This document shows, piece after piece, positions 49,833 through 60,534 of a DNA stretch of 64,000 bases (its first letter is position 1; every line of letters starts with the position of its first letter). The position numbers were made by a program, and so were the translations under genes. The notes below the pieces were generated by a model. That model was given only the letters and a program-made list of their open reading frames with translations, had not been told where the DNA came from and made no database searches. This DNA comes from a virus, in IMG/VR virus record IMGVR_UViG_3300013286_000009, positions 1-64,000 of that record. The stretch is one strand, 5' to 3'.

Positions 49833-52800
49833 TTAGTTTCTACGAAAAGCGTTTCTTGCAAAAAAGTCAAAAGCCGCCATATTTCCGTCAACACTTGCGC
49901 CTGCGCCTTGGAACATTACTTTACTACCCATTTTTACACTACCAGTTGCTAGTGTCGATCTAATGTAGTTAGGATTTCCCACGGTTACTGTACCTGCTGT
50001 CAATTGTCCAGTGCTTGTGTTTGAGCCACCTTGACTCAATCGACTTGCCAAATAAGTCTTAACTGCTTTTTGTGTCGGTAATACACTGTCGGAGTTTGCA
50101 GTAAAGGTACTATCAGTGCTGAACTGTGTAATTACAACACTTGATCCGCCAACTGCAATACCGCCTAAACTCAGCGTGTTTAGTCCAGTTAATCCAAATT
50201 GACTTGCACTTAATGTAATAACACCAGTCGCTTGCTGGACTCCAAACAAACTACCAACCTTGAAGTTACCGTCTTGGTCGGTACTTGTGTAAAATACACG
50301 ACCGTAGTTTGCTTCCACTGTTTGATTTTGATAAAGTGCTACATAACCGTTAGCTGGAAAACCTGGATAATTACTTGTTATAAAATCACCATAACCAATA
50401 TTTAAAAAGTCATGATTTGTTAAACGTGCTTGACTGTACTTACTTCTTATCTGTATTGTTGTGCCATTGGCCACGGCATTGGCTACACTAACTGAAGGGC
50501 TTAAACTTACATTAGCTTCTAAATTTGGAACAGTTGTACCGTAAACGGCATAAGCACTAGTAACTTTGTACGCCGTAGATACACCTGCAACTGTTAAACT
50601 ATCGCCCGGGCTTGGCAAACGTGTAAGATTATTTAAAATAATACTTAGACCGGTTTGATATTGATCTGCATAACCATTTCCAGTTATATAAATTAGTGTA
50701 CTATTACTATTATATCCAGATCCTCTATTAACAAAAGTTGGGCTAGCCAATACACCGTTGCTAATTCGCGGAGTAACTACTGCTAAACTTGTGACGTTAG
50801 GGTCAGTAAATGTAACTGTAGGAATTTGAGGTCCGAAAATACTTATACTACTTGTATATCCAGAGCCCGGTTCAAACTCACTAATACTAGTTATGACACC
50901 AGAAGTAATATTTCCCCGACCTTTTGTTCGACACCCTGCACTCATGTAGATTGCAGTTGATGAACCGGCTAATGCCGAAAACGTACCGTTATAATATGTA
51001 CCAGTAAATCCAAATGCCAATGCTGTATACGATGCAGACGGAACGCTTTGCTGACTCCAGTCTAAACTACTTTCGCTGGTCCATGCTGTAGTACTCGATG
51101 CAGAAATTGCTAAAAATACTCCCTGGCCGTAGGCAATTTTATCGGCTGCAATTGGTATAGTAGCAGTATACCAAGTTTTGCCATCAAACGAGTATGCTGG
51201 ATATGCGGTGGTAGAAGCCACCGCAGTAAATCTGCCTTGGCCGTATGCAATACTAGACCAAGTAGACGAACTTGGTAAGTTACTGGTAGTCCATGTAATG
51301 CCGTCAGTACTATAAGCCGCTAGACTGTTACTAGTAATAGTGCCAGCGCCGCCCGTTGTTGATGTACCGTTAAAATATCTAACAGTGGTAGTATCACAAT
51401 AGGTAACAGTTTGTGTACCGTTATATCCATTTTGATTTATGCCCGTTACTGTTATAATTTGTCCTACTGCATACGGTGCTGTAGCTTGTGCAGATGTAAA
51501 TGTTAATGTTGCTACAGTTCCAGATCCAGTTGCTCCTGATACAGATAAATTATTAGACCCATTGGAAACTGCCACAAATAAATTTGCACCATATGTCACA
51601 CTGGTCCATGCTGCCGATGCTGGAAGTGTACTCGATGTCCAGGTTGCTCCGTAAGTAGTGCTGACTGCGGCAGCAGATGATGCTGTAGCTAATGCAACAA
51701 ATTTACCCGAACCAAATGCAATAGTATTCCATGTAGTATTGCTAGGTAATGTGGATTTCCTCCAACCGATACCGTTACTATTAGAATATACTGCGGTAGC
51801 ACTTGTTGAATTAATAGCCACCCAGTAGTTGTTTCCATATGCTAATGCTGTCCATGTGGCACTCAGTGGAAGAACAATGCTGGTCCAAGTGGATGCATCT
51901 GTACTAACAGCCGCAGTGGTATTTGCATTTCCAAGGGCCATCCAATAATTATTGCCATATGCCATTGCACTATACGTTGCACTCAAAGGCAATGTAATTG
52001 GACTTGTAGCTGTAGCCTGATAGAATCCCGGAGCTGTAAATGTAGTTCGAGGTTCAATATAGTAAATGCTAGAACTATCCGGATTTACAGATGGCTGGCC
52101 TGGTGTGACATGATCCCACCCTAATGCCGCAAGATTCATAGACCCTGTTTTAGAAGCCAACGTAACCGGAGTACCGCTTCCTTGTGTTGTAGTTACTGTA
52201 ATGGTACTCGACGAAGGTATTGTGTTAATATAGTACGTAGTACCCGCTGTAATGTTTGAACCACCAAATAACTGTGTAGAGAATGTGGCATTCATAGATC
52301 CTATAGCAAGAGTTAATGTACTCTTTTTAGCTGTAGTTGTGCCAACCATACTTCCTGATGCTGTTAACAACGAAAACGATGCTCCTGCGGTTTTACCTGT
52401 ACAGCTTCCAGTTAATATCGAAGTTCCGGATACTGTGTTCAACGGAACAACACTGCCGCTTGGAGTTTGACTAACGGTAAATGTATTAGCATCGTTAATA
52501 ACTAAAATATAATATGTTGTTTCAGCTGTTAAACCGCTGCCAAAAGTGTTGCCAACAAATATAATCGGTTGTCCTATAACTAAACTAGCAGTAACATTAG
52601 AACCAACAGCATATATCAAGTTGGTAGTAAGATATGTTGCAGTTATATTCAAATTAATTATATTACTTGCAATGGTAAAAGTAGTATTATCAACGATTGA
52701 GCTTATATAATATTTTGTACTTTCAACAATGTTACCATATACAGTACCACTAAAAATAATTGGATTCAGCGGAGTTAATGAACTAGTTGTAGATACCGTT

Positions 52801-55800
52801 AATAAATTAGTTCCAGATGTAGTGTTTGTTATTGTTACATTTACTAACGACGGAGCTACTGTAAAATTATTGACATCTATTATATCTTGAATATAATAAG
52901 TTACCCCGTTACTTAATCCGCCCAGTGCAGTTCCGGTAAATTGAATTGGATAATTAACTACCATGTTTGTAGTAGATGCTGCCAGGTAGCTGGTGTTCGA
53001 ACTAAAATTCATAACCATCGGTGACGCTGGTGGTGTAGCAGTACTTAGCGGCCACACAGTTCCAAAAATTTGCGAACTAATTTGAATAGTAACACTGTCA
53101 ATAATTGCATACACGTAGTAGGTATATCCTGTGGTTACTGTACTAAACACCGGTGAAGTAAAAGTTATTGGGGTGTTTACTGCCAAACCAACTGTACTTC
53201 CTACGGTCATTTGATTTATAGTTCCGCCTACAGTTGCAGTCACCGTGGTTTGTGCTAAAGATGTGCTGGTAACAGATGTTGTGTAGTATGTTGGTATAAA
53301 CTGTAAGGGCATTCCAACCCACAAAGTATTAGTATTATAAGAACCGTTTAATGTCATAACGTTTCCGGTAATATTGGTAGAAATAATAGGAATACTTGTG
53401 AACGATTCTTTTAATACATACGCAACTTTGGTGCTGGCATTGTAGTTTGAAATATAGCCGTATTGTCCTGCGCCAGTACCGTTATTGATAAACACTCGCA
53501 TGCCAGTGTAGTTGGCCGCAGTATTGGTATCTGCTTGTGCAATTTGTATAGATACAGATGTACCAGCTTGTGCATTGTTGCTGGCTGTAAGATATCCTGT
53601 TCCGCCCGCGCCGGATCCTGGATCGGTGATGCGTGTTTGGAAAACCGACCAGCTTCGTGTCTCATCGCCGATGGTCGATACACCGGTACCGGAACCAGAT
53701 ACGTTGAAATTAGCATAAGCAGTAAAGTTTACATTCAACGTATCTGAATAAAAACTCGGAGCATAAGTGCTTGATGATATTTCAATTTGCGGAGCGTAGA
53801 AATAACTGTAAGTTCCAGCATTGCCGCTGGTGCCTTTTGGATAAATTCTAAAAGTAAGTTGGTTATTTAATCCTGAAGTATCGTTGATTGTAAACCATAA
53901 ACGATACCAACCTGCAACCAATGATTGTTGTGCTCCGTAATTTACTGGTAAGAATCCAGTAGCACTGCCAGGAGTCACTGTATTTGCTCCAAAGTTATAT
54001 GTAAGAGTGCTCGTACGTGTGCTAGTACCACTAAACTGTCCCCATAAATCTATACTTGATGCTGTACCAACATAGGTATAAACACTCAATGTGTAATTTT
54101 GAGCACTGCCCGAGGGCACTGTTCCTGATACTGAAACAGTTAATATTGCACTACCTGTGATTGATTGAATAGTAAGATAACATTCATTTACTCCTGCTTT
54201 GCCGCCAAGCAAATTACCTGCTATCACCAATTGCTGAGATGTATTATAACCTGTACCACCGTTCGTCACTGCAACGGTATAGGCAGTACTTGTTACGGTA
54301 ACTGTTACAGTGGCATTGGATCCAGTACCAGCGCCGTAATTAGATGGTTGAATGCCAGTATACACCGCGCCTGCTGGATTAATAGTTATTGTTTGCTGTA
54401 CATAGCCTGTTCCAGGAGTAGCCGATGTGCCAGTTAATGCCCATGCTTCTGTTAATCCTGTTGGAGCAGTATAAATTTTGTTAAGAGAAATATTGCCGTC
54501 GTTGGTCCACGGACTTGTTGTAAGCTGGTTACTATAAAATAGCATGTTTGTAGTAGTAGTGTTATAAGCACTCCCTGCATTGCTGTAATTTATTTTAATC
54601 AGCTGAGCGTTTGTTCCTAAACTACTTTGTACTTGTGCTTGTACCTGTGTACTTTGATTGTACACAATACCGGTAGCTGGTATTTCTGTAGAATCAAATC
54701 CTGTAGCTATCACACCGTATGTACCGTATGAACTATTGCCGTTGGTTGCACGAATACGACCTCCTGCTTCGGCAAGATATCCCGAGTATGCATAATAAGA
54801 AAACACACTTACTGCTTCTGTTTTTGAATCCGGACCGTAGCACCATATACCAATGCCGTCACTAATAATTTGTGTAAAATCATTCGACGTCATTGATTTA
54901 TTTCCGCCATTGTGCAAGGTACCATCGATCTTCATACCCGAGCACCCGTTACCGAATGTGGTAACGTTTTGTACATAGGGGCTACGACGGAAAATCCATA
55001 CACTGGAATCATTTGGGCCTGTTCCTGGATCAAATGCACAATAAGATCCGCCGGTTGGACGTTGAATATAATTTGCATCAACCGCACTCAAAGTACCTAA
55101 CAGTCCTACTAGAGTCACATTACGTAATCCAGTAGCATTTCGCAAACGGAACATGTCTTTTAAACAATCGCCTGCATACGCATACATGACTGTACTGGCC
55201 GCTACTGTTCCAGACCCTGAAGTAAGTGTTACTGGCGCACCAGTAGCTGTGATAGTAGTGTTTACTATTGTAGTTGAACCTAACTGATTAACAGTTATAG
55301 TATTTGCCACTGCATTAGTAGCCGCAATTCCGATTCCAGTAATAATTGTATTAGCTGGCAATCCGCTGCCAGTAAGAATCGCACCGACTACTAAACCGTT
55401 TATATTTACAACATCGGTAATTACATAGCTGTTTAGCGTTACTGTTCCTACAAAAGTAGTAGTCGCACTGGCTACAATACCAAATTTTGTTGAAGTAATT
55501 GTTGAACCTTTAACATAATAAGTCTGGCCAAGAGTAACTCCTCCAAATCCAGTAAATGACAAACTAGTGTTAATATTTGGATCAACAAATTGCACTGGCA
55601 TTTGATCGGTAAGGCCAGTAGTAGAGTTTACTGTGAATAAACTTGTGTCGCAAGAATACACAGTCATTGTTATACTAGTTGCAGGTTGTATTACTACTCC
55701 GCGTAATTCGTCTCCTATAACAGCAGTGTTTTCAGGAATTGCAATTGGCAATGTTTCAGAATATGTGCCTGTCTTGACAAAAATACTGGCTGTAAGTCCA

Positions 55801-57959
55801 TTATTTTGTGGAGGAACAGCTTGTGTACTTGCTGTAGACAATGCTGTATATAGTATAGAAAATAAACTTGCTATACTAGCGGTTGCTGAAATTTCTGTGC
55901 CAAATGCTCCGCCGTTGTTAGCCGAAGTCACTTGGTATACTAAATTGCTAGCAATAACGTTATTAAGAGATTGATAATTTTGAGATGGAGTACCACCATT
56001 CAATGCGCTATTGATGAGACTAAGAAGCTGATTAAGAATTGGCAAATAGTAAGGCACATCTGCTGTAACTGCGGCATTAAAAAATTGATTTGTACTACCG
56101 TATTGAAAATATGCCAACGTGGTTGCTACTGTTTGACTGTTGCCGCCGCGTGTTAAATCATAAACAAATGCATCAAGTATAAATCCAGCATCTCTCACAG
56201 TTTTTGTTCTATCTAACACATAAGAACTTGTAAAAGGAGAAAGATTATTAGTAACCTGGTATGCTACCCAATTTACTAATTCAGTTGTAATCCAAGTATG
56301 GTTTGCATTAATTGAATTTGCAGACAACGGATATAATACACCGTTACTGATAAAATTACATGCATATCTAATAGTTTTCCAAGGCTGATCCCAAGAAGTT
56401 CCGTAATCTGCACGGTCTATTCCTGTAGGTGCAACATAGTATACATATGGAACAGTATTAATTTTTGTCCAAGTTGGAGTATTATTTGTACTTCTTAAAA
56501 CATAACTGTTAGAACTGAGTGGTATAGCATTGTAGCCTCCCACTGTGCTACTATAAATTTCAATGTCACCTTGTGTATTCATCGCATTTTTTCTTGCGTG
56601 AGCTATGAAAGTAGTCCAGTATGTATTTGTTAGATCATTATCAGGGCGTGTTAAAACAGCCGCAGTATGACGTTGTGTACAAATATATGTGGAATTTTGC
56701 CAAATAGCAAGATCGCCGATGGCATAAGTGGTCCCACTCGCCCATGTTTTAGTCCAATAGGATCCGGTTACAACTAATTTCCAATAAACGTAATTTACAC
56801 CAACAAAATTTAAAAACTGGCTATTTGTTAATGTACCGTCTGGTGCTTTGTTCAGTACTATGGTATTTGAATTGATTGCCGCAACAACCTGGCCTTGTGT
56901 AATGCCTACACCAATTACGTTCATACCTAATTGGATGCCTGCCGTGTTAAGAACGTTTACATTTACGCCACTGCTACCGGTAGAATTATAAGTCTGTTGT
57001 ATTACAAATGCTACTGGGTCTTGTCCGCTGTTATCCGATACTGCTACAAACACTTGTCCGTTTCTTCTGATGATACTTCCAACTTTGTAAGTATCCACCG
57101 ATGTCCAATCACTTCGTATTTCGTACCCTTGATTTAATAAGGTCCAATCAACTGCATCAAGTGACGGAACATTATTTAAATTGTTGGCTGTGGCACTTAT
57201 GTAATCATAACCGCCATAGCTGACTACATCTCCAAGTTGGAATGTCTTACTTGAACTCCAGGTAGAAAAACTACCTTGCCCGGGAAGATATATAGTCCAT
57301 TTAGCTGGAGTAAATGTTGCATCGGCATTGTAAGTTATACAGGTATAAAGATCAACATCTAATTTAACAATATCGTTGATCTTGTATCGAGTAGCACTTG
57401 CCCAAGCGCCCTTATATTCAATACCGTTTTCAACAATAGTCCAGTTTGATTGGTTGGCTTCTAAGCCCAATAACGTTGTAGCGGCACTTGTGTGATTTGC
57501 CACACACTCATATACAATACCGCCGTATTTGACCAAATCGTTGACACCATAAACATAATTTGGAAGCCATCCAGCAGATCGCCATGCAGTAAATGTTGTA
57601 TAGATAGTCCAGTAACTACTTTGCAAAGCAAATGTTGTACTGGTATGCTGTGTATTGGCATAGTAAACTACTCCGCCAAAAATAACTAAATTACCTAGAC
57701 TATAAACAGTACTGGTAGCCCAGTTTCCTAAAAATGTTTTACCATCTACTACTAAATTCCAATAAGGAGTTTGAGCTCCGGTTCCGCTTACTTTATATAA
57801 GTCGCTATAAAAACTCGAGACGTCTGAAGTATTTGGTAATAAACAGACATACGTTTTACCTTGATATGAAACTACATCGTCGCGGGCGTATGCTGTTGCT
57901 GGCGTCCATACACCTTTCCAACTAAAACGCAATCTTCCAATTTTAAATTCTGATGCCAT
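49833..57959 (-). CDS. Giant virion structural protein (2708 aa), paralog of 38665-49785
   Basis: Same N-terminus (EFK.GR..F...G.W), same core segments and C-terminal domain, different inserts. Confidence 0.75.
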   Translation of the reverse strand: MASEFKIGRLRFSWKGVWTPATAYARDDVVSYQGKTYVCLLPNTSDVSSFYSDLYKVSGTGAQTPYWNLVVDGKTFLGNWATSTVYSLGNLVIFGGVVYYANTQHTSTTFALQSSYWTIYTTFTAWRSAGWLPNYVYGVNDLVKYGGIVYECVANHTSAATTLLGLEANQSNWTIVENGIEYKGAWASATRYKINDIVKLDVDLYTCITYNADATFTPAKWTIYLPGQGSFSTWSSSKTFQLGDVVSYGGYDYISATANNLNNVPSLDAVDWTLLNQGYEIRSDWTSVDTYKVGSIIRRNGQVFVAVSDNSGQDPVAFVIQQTYNSTGSSGVNVNVLNTAGIQLGMNVIGVGITQGQVVAAINSNTIVLNKAPDGTLTNSQFLNFVGVNYVYWKLVVTGSYWTKTWASGTTYAIGDLAIWQNSTYICTQRHTAAVLTRPDNDLTNTYWTTFIAHARKNAMNTQGDIEIYSSTVGGYNAIPLSSNSYVLRSTNNTPTWTKINTVPYVYYVAPTGIDRADYGTSWDQPWKTIRYACNFISNGVLYPLSANSINANHTWITTELVNWVAYQVTNNLSPFTSSYVLDRTKTVRDAGFILDAFVYDLTRGGNSQTVATTLAYFQYGSTNQFFNAAVTADVPYYLPILNQLLSLINSALNGGTPSQNYQSLNNVIASNLVYQVTSANNGGAFGTEISATASIASLFSILYTALSTASTQAVPPQNNGLTASIFVKTGTYSETLPIAIPENTAVIGDELRGVVIQPATSITMTVYSCDTSLFTVNSTTGLTDQMPVQFVDPNINTSLSFTGFGGVTLGQTYYVKGSTITSTKFGIVASATTTFVGTVTLNSYVITDVVNINGLVVGAILTGSGLPANTIITGIGIAATNAVANTITVNQLGSTTIVNTTITATGAPVTLTSGSGTVAASTVMYAYAGDCLKDMFRLRNATGLRNVTLVGLLGTLSAVDANYIQRPTGGSYCAFDPGTGPNDSSVWIFRRSPYVQNVTTFGNGCSGMKIDGTLHNGGNKSMTSNDFTQIISDGIGIWCYGPDSKTEAVSVFSYYAYSGYLAEAGGRIRATNGNSSYGTYGVIATGFDSTEIPATGIVYNQSTQVQAQVQSSLGTNAQLIKINYSNAGSAYNTTTTNMLFYSNQLTTSPWTNDGNISLNKIYTAPTGLTEAWALTGTSATPGTGYVQQTITINPAGAVYTGIQPSNYGAGTGSNATVTVTVTSTAYTVAVTNGGTGYNTSQQLVIAGNLLGGKAGVNECYLTIQSITGSAILTVSVSGTVPSGSAQNYTLSVYTYVGTASSIDLWGQFSGTSTRTSTLTYNFGANTVTPGSATGFLPVNYGAQQSLVAGWYRLWFTINDTSGLNNQLTFRIYPKGTSGNAGTYSYFYAPQIEISSSTYAPSFYSDTLNVNFTAYANFNVSGSGTGVSTIGDETRSWSVFQTRITDPGSGAGGTGYLTASNNAQAGTSVSIQIAQADTNTAANYTGMRVFINNGTGAGQYGYISNYNASTKVAYVLKESFTSIPIISTNITGNVMTLNGSYNTNTLWVGMPLQFIPTYYTTSVTSTSLAQTTVTATVGGTINQMTVGSTVGLAVNTPITFTSPVFSTVTTGYTYYVYAIIDSVTIQISSQIFGTVWPLSTATPPASPMVMNFSSNTSYLAASTTNMVVNYPIQFTGTALGGLSNGVTYYIQDIIDVNNFTVAPSLVNVTITNTTSGTNLLTVSTTSSLTPLNPIIFSGTVYGNIVESTKYYISSIVDNTTFTIASNIINLNITATYLTTNLIYAVGSNVTASLVIGQPIIFVGNTFGSGLTAETTYYILVINDANTFTVSQTPSGSVVPLNTVSGTSILTGSCTGKTAGASFSLLTASGSMVGTTTAKKSTLTLAIGSMNATFSTQLFGGSNITAGTTYYINTIPSSSTITVTTTQGSGTPVTLASKTGSMNLAALGWDHVTPGQPSVNPDSSSIYYIEPRTTFTAPGFYQATATSPITLPLSATYSAMAYGNNYWMALGNANTTAAVSTDASTWTSIVLPLSATWTALAYGNNYWVAINSTSATAVYSNSNGIGWRKSTLPSNTTWNTIAFGSGKFVALATASSAAAVSTTYGATWTSSTLPASAAWTSVTYGANLFVAVSNGSNNLSVSGATGSGTVATLTFTSAQATAPYAVGQIITVTGINQNGYNGTQTVTYCDTTTVRYFNGTSTTGGAGTITSNSLAAYSTDGITWTTSNLPSSSTWSSIAYGQGRFTAVASTTAYPAYSFDGKTWYTATIPIAADKIAYGQGVFLAISASSTTAWTSESSLDWSQQSVPSASYTALAFGFTGTYYNGTFSALAGSSTAIYMSAGCRTKGRGNITSGVITSISEFEPGSGYTSSISIFGPQIPTVTFTDPNVTSLAVVTPRISNGVLASPTFVNRGSGYNSNSTLIYITGNGYADQYQTGLSIILNNLTRLPSPGDSLTVAGVSTAYKVTSAYAVYGTTVPNLEANVSLSPSVSVANAVANGTTIQIRSKYSQARLTNHDFLNIGYGDFITSNYPGFPANGYVALYQNQTVEANYGRVFYTSTDQDGNFKVGSLFGVQQATGVITLSASQFGLTGLNTLSLGGIAVGGSSVVITQFSTDSTFTANSDSVLPTQKAVKTYLASRLSQGGSNTSTGQLTAGTVTVGNPNYIRSTLATGSVKMGSKVMFQGAGASVDGNMAAFDFFARNAFRRN

Positions 57960-57971
57960 TTGAATATCCTA

Positions 57972-58352
57972 TTAATTTGAACTAACGATTTGTGCGACTG
58001 AATATGTGTACACTTGATTAATACGCACTACTAGTTGTCCTTGACTATCTATATAATAATAACAATTTTTATTGTCCCAACGATACTGATCAAAGTATAA
58101 ATTAGGATAAGGACGACTATGATCTGTTGCTAGCCGTCCATCGAAGAAATCTACGCCATATTCAAAGTTTTCAAAATTTCCGCTATTAGGGCCAGCTACG
58201 TTTAAATTAAAAGATGCTGTGCTAGTTAACTGATCTACTTTTTCAAAATACAATGTACCATCATCTGATCTTCGTAGTCCGTAAAAAAATCTAGGACTAT
58301 CTCCAAGAATATCGTTTAACGATGTATCGCCTATGTAATAATTTCCGCTCAT
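57972..58352 (-). CDS. Hypothetical protein in the tail operon
   Basis: 126-aa aromatic-rich ORF with AAGGA SD, tightly packed. Confidence 0.6.
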   Translation of the reverse strand: MSGNYYIGDTSLNDILGDSPRFFYGLRRSDDGTLYFEKVDQLTSTASFNLNVAGPNSGNFENFEYGVDFFDGRLATDHSRPYPNLYFDQYRWDNKNCYYYIDSQGQLVVRINQVYTYSVAQIVSSN

Positions 58353-58363
58353 AATATTAATCC

Positions 58364-58921
58364 TTAAACAATTTCAACCAAACTTACAACAGCATCTACG
58401 CTGGCCGCTGTGTTGGAGACGATACTTAATGTGTTACTTCCGCCTAATACTAAGCGTTCTCCGCCGTTGATAACCCGCAAACTTTGATTTGGTGGAATTA
58501 CTACATCTTTAATATAGTATGCACTGATAGCGGTGGCATCTGTGAAACTTACAACTATAGCTGTAGAAGCAGATCCTGCTGAAGCATTTTGGCTCATAGT
58601 GATTGTTCCAGCGGCTATGTTAAAACTGCTGACTGTGGTCAATGCTGGAATATAACCAACAGATGTAAGAGCCGCTCCATTTTGTATTTCACTGAATGTG
58701 TTTACATTACTAATAGTTGGGCTACCACTTACAAATGTTCCTGTAAAAGTTGATGTTGGACCCGGATCAGTAACAATTACACTAACTGTAATAAAACCGC
58801 TGGTAATATTTGCAAGACTGATGCCTAATACAGTAGTTCTCACGTTACTGCTTGCTGTATAAACAATAGTTGCTGTTGTTCCAAGAGCCGGGCTTAATGC
58901 ATTTTTAAATGTGGTTGCCAT
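58364..58921 (-). CDS. Small beta-sandwich virion protein with an inserted module
   Basis: VYT....TTVLG.SLAN...YYIKDV.IP...SL....ERLVL...L....DAV.S.VEI, with about 75 aa inserted. Confidence 0.6.
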   Translation of the reverse strand: MATTFKNALSPALGTTATIVYTASSNVRTTVLGISLANITSGFITVSVIVTDPGPTSTFTGTFVSGSPTISNVNTFSEIQNGAALTSVGYIPALTTVSSFNIAAGTITMSQNASAGSASTAIVVSFTDATAISAYYIKDVVIPPNQSLRVINGGERLVLGGSNTLSIVSNTAASVDAVVSLVEIV

Positions 58922-58925
58922 GTTA

Positions 58926-60416
58926 TTATCCTAATGTTAGTGCCCACTGGACACTGATGTCTGACGCTTGGCTAACTGTAATACCACTTTGTACACCAGC
59001 AACACTGGTCCATGCAGAACCGTTATAAATTTCAACAGCAAGTGAGCTGTTGTCAGTGTTAAATCGTATCATTCCAGTTGTTGGAATACTTGGGCGCTGT
59101 AATGTTGTTCCTGACGGAATAACAACTCCGTTAGTTCCGCCAATATTGACATAACCAGAAACAGTTCCTGTAATACTTGTACTAATACCTAAGGCTTGTG
59201 CTGGAGTTACATAATATGTTCCTGCTCCGCCTGTGCCTGTTAATAGTGCAGTAATAATAGTTCCGCTTGTAACTCCGGATCCTGTTAAAATCATGCCTTT
59301 GTAAATTGTGGCTGTCGGTGTTCCAGTTACAGTTAATACCGTTGGTGTTACTGTGATAGTTGTATTAGCTTGAGTTAAGTAGTTATTAATTTGCCACTGA
59401 CTGCCGTTACCAGATCCTGCAATATTGGCTACAATATATGTGCCTGCTGGCAAACTTCCGCCGCTTATTACTTGTCCGATGGCAATTGTTCCGCCAGGCA
59501 CTGAGTTAACAGTTAATGTTGTTCCGCTTGTACTTCCTGAAAAAGTAAAAGTTGATCCAAGAGCAATAGTCCCATTAAAAGTTGAACTTGAAGTTTGCTG
59601 TTGGAAATTTGAAATAGCATTTGGAGTGGTGTTTTGTATAGTGTTTCCACTGATTCTAAAATTACCAATGTTTACTCCGGCAGCACCAGTTGTTATAATC
59701 GAAATATCTTGATTGTTGGCAGTATTTGTTATACTATTGCCAGAAAATGTAAAGTTAGCTGTGCTTAAATTGCTAGCAGAAAAAGTATTTAATGTTAAGG
59801 TATTAGCATATACGTTTGCCCATTGTAAACTATTGCTACCTAAATTATATGTGTTTGTGGTCGCAGGTAAAATATTACTGCTAACACCTGCGGTAATAGC
59901 CACAGTATCGGTCGTTGCATCACCAATTTGAATATTTCCTGCAACTGTAAGTACCCCCTGTACAGTTAAATTACCGGCAGTATTAAAGTTGCCGTTTACT
60001 GTTAAATTACCATTTACTGTTGTTGCACCGGTACCCGATGTAGTGAATACAATGTTTTGATTGTAGCTGATTGTGCTAATTGTACTACCAGTAAGTTGTA
60101 GATTACCTACTTGCAAAATGCCTTGATACACTACAGGATTTGCGCCGCTGGCTGATAAATTTATAGTGCCGCTTGTACTAGTGATGTTGTTAGAGCTGAA
60201 ACTAATGGTGCCAAGCGTAGCTGTACCACTAGCATTTAAATTAGTAGTTCGTATTGTACCAACTACTTGAAGGTCGTCTGAAGGAGTGCTGGTATTAATA
60301 CCTACACGGCGATTGGTAACATCCAAGTATAATAAGTTCGTCTCAAAAGCTAAATCTACACCATTACGAAGTAGATTCGATTTTAAGAGCGGACCCGAAA
60401 TTCGACCTAAGGCCAT
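58926..60416 (-). CDS. Tail fibre-like protein
   Basis: MALGRISGPLL..NL, LYLDV.N.RVGIN, Thr/Gly beta repeats, C-terminal IPSG.T.QRP..P..GM.RFNT..E.Y.G..W module; GAGGAG SD. Confidence 0.7.
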   Translation of the reverse strand: MALGRISGPLLKSNLLRNGVDLAFETNLLYLDVTNRRVGINTSTPSDDLQVVGTIRTTNLNASGTATLGTISFSSNNITSTSGTINLSASGANPVVYQGILQVGNLQLTGSTISTISYNQNIVFTTSGTGATTVNGNLTVNGNFNTAGNLTVQGVLTVAGNIQIGDATTDTVAITAGVSSNILPATTNTYNLGSNSLQWANVYANTLTLNTFSASNLSTANFTFSGNSITNTANNQDISIITTGAAGVNIGNFRISGNTIQNTTPNAISNFQQQTSSSTFNGTIALGSTFTFSGSTSGTTLTVNSVPGGTIAIGQVISGGSLPAGTYIVANIAGSGNGSQWQINNYLTQANTTITVTPTVLTVTGTPTATIYKGMILTGSGVTSGTIITALLTGTGGAGTYYVTPAQALGISTSITGTVSGYVNIGGTNGVVIPSGTTLQRPSIPTTGMIRFNTDNSSLAVEIYNGSAWTSVAGVQSGITVSQASDISVQWALTLG

Positions 60417-60521
60417 GTACTCTCCTCAAACCCCGTGTTTCACGGTTAACCACCTTGCATTGCGGGTTTACCACAGTTTAATATCGGGAATTTTGGTCAA
60501 ACTCCACAGTAATAGTATTTA
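60417..60521 (-). promoter_or_regulatory. Late promoter motif plus a ~100-nt structured 5' leader (candidate cis-regulatory RNA)
   Basis: TAAATA at 60516-60521; GTGGT(A/T)AACC repeats; CCGTG/CACGG hairpin; AAACCC/GGGTTT stem abutting the SD. Confidence 0.5.
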
Positions 60522-60534
60522 GCGGATTGGGTTT

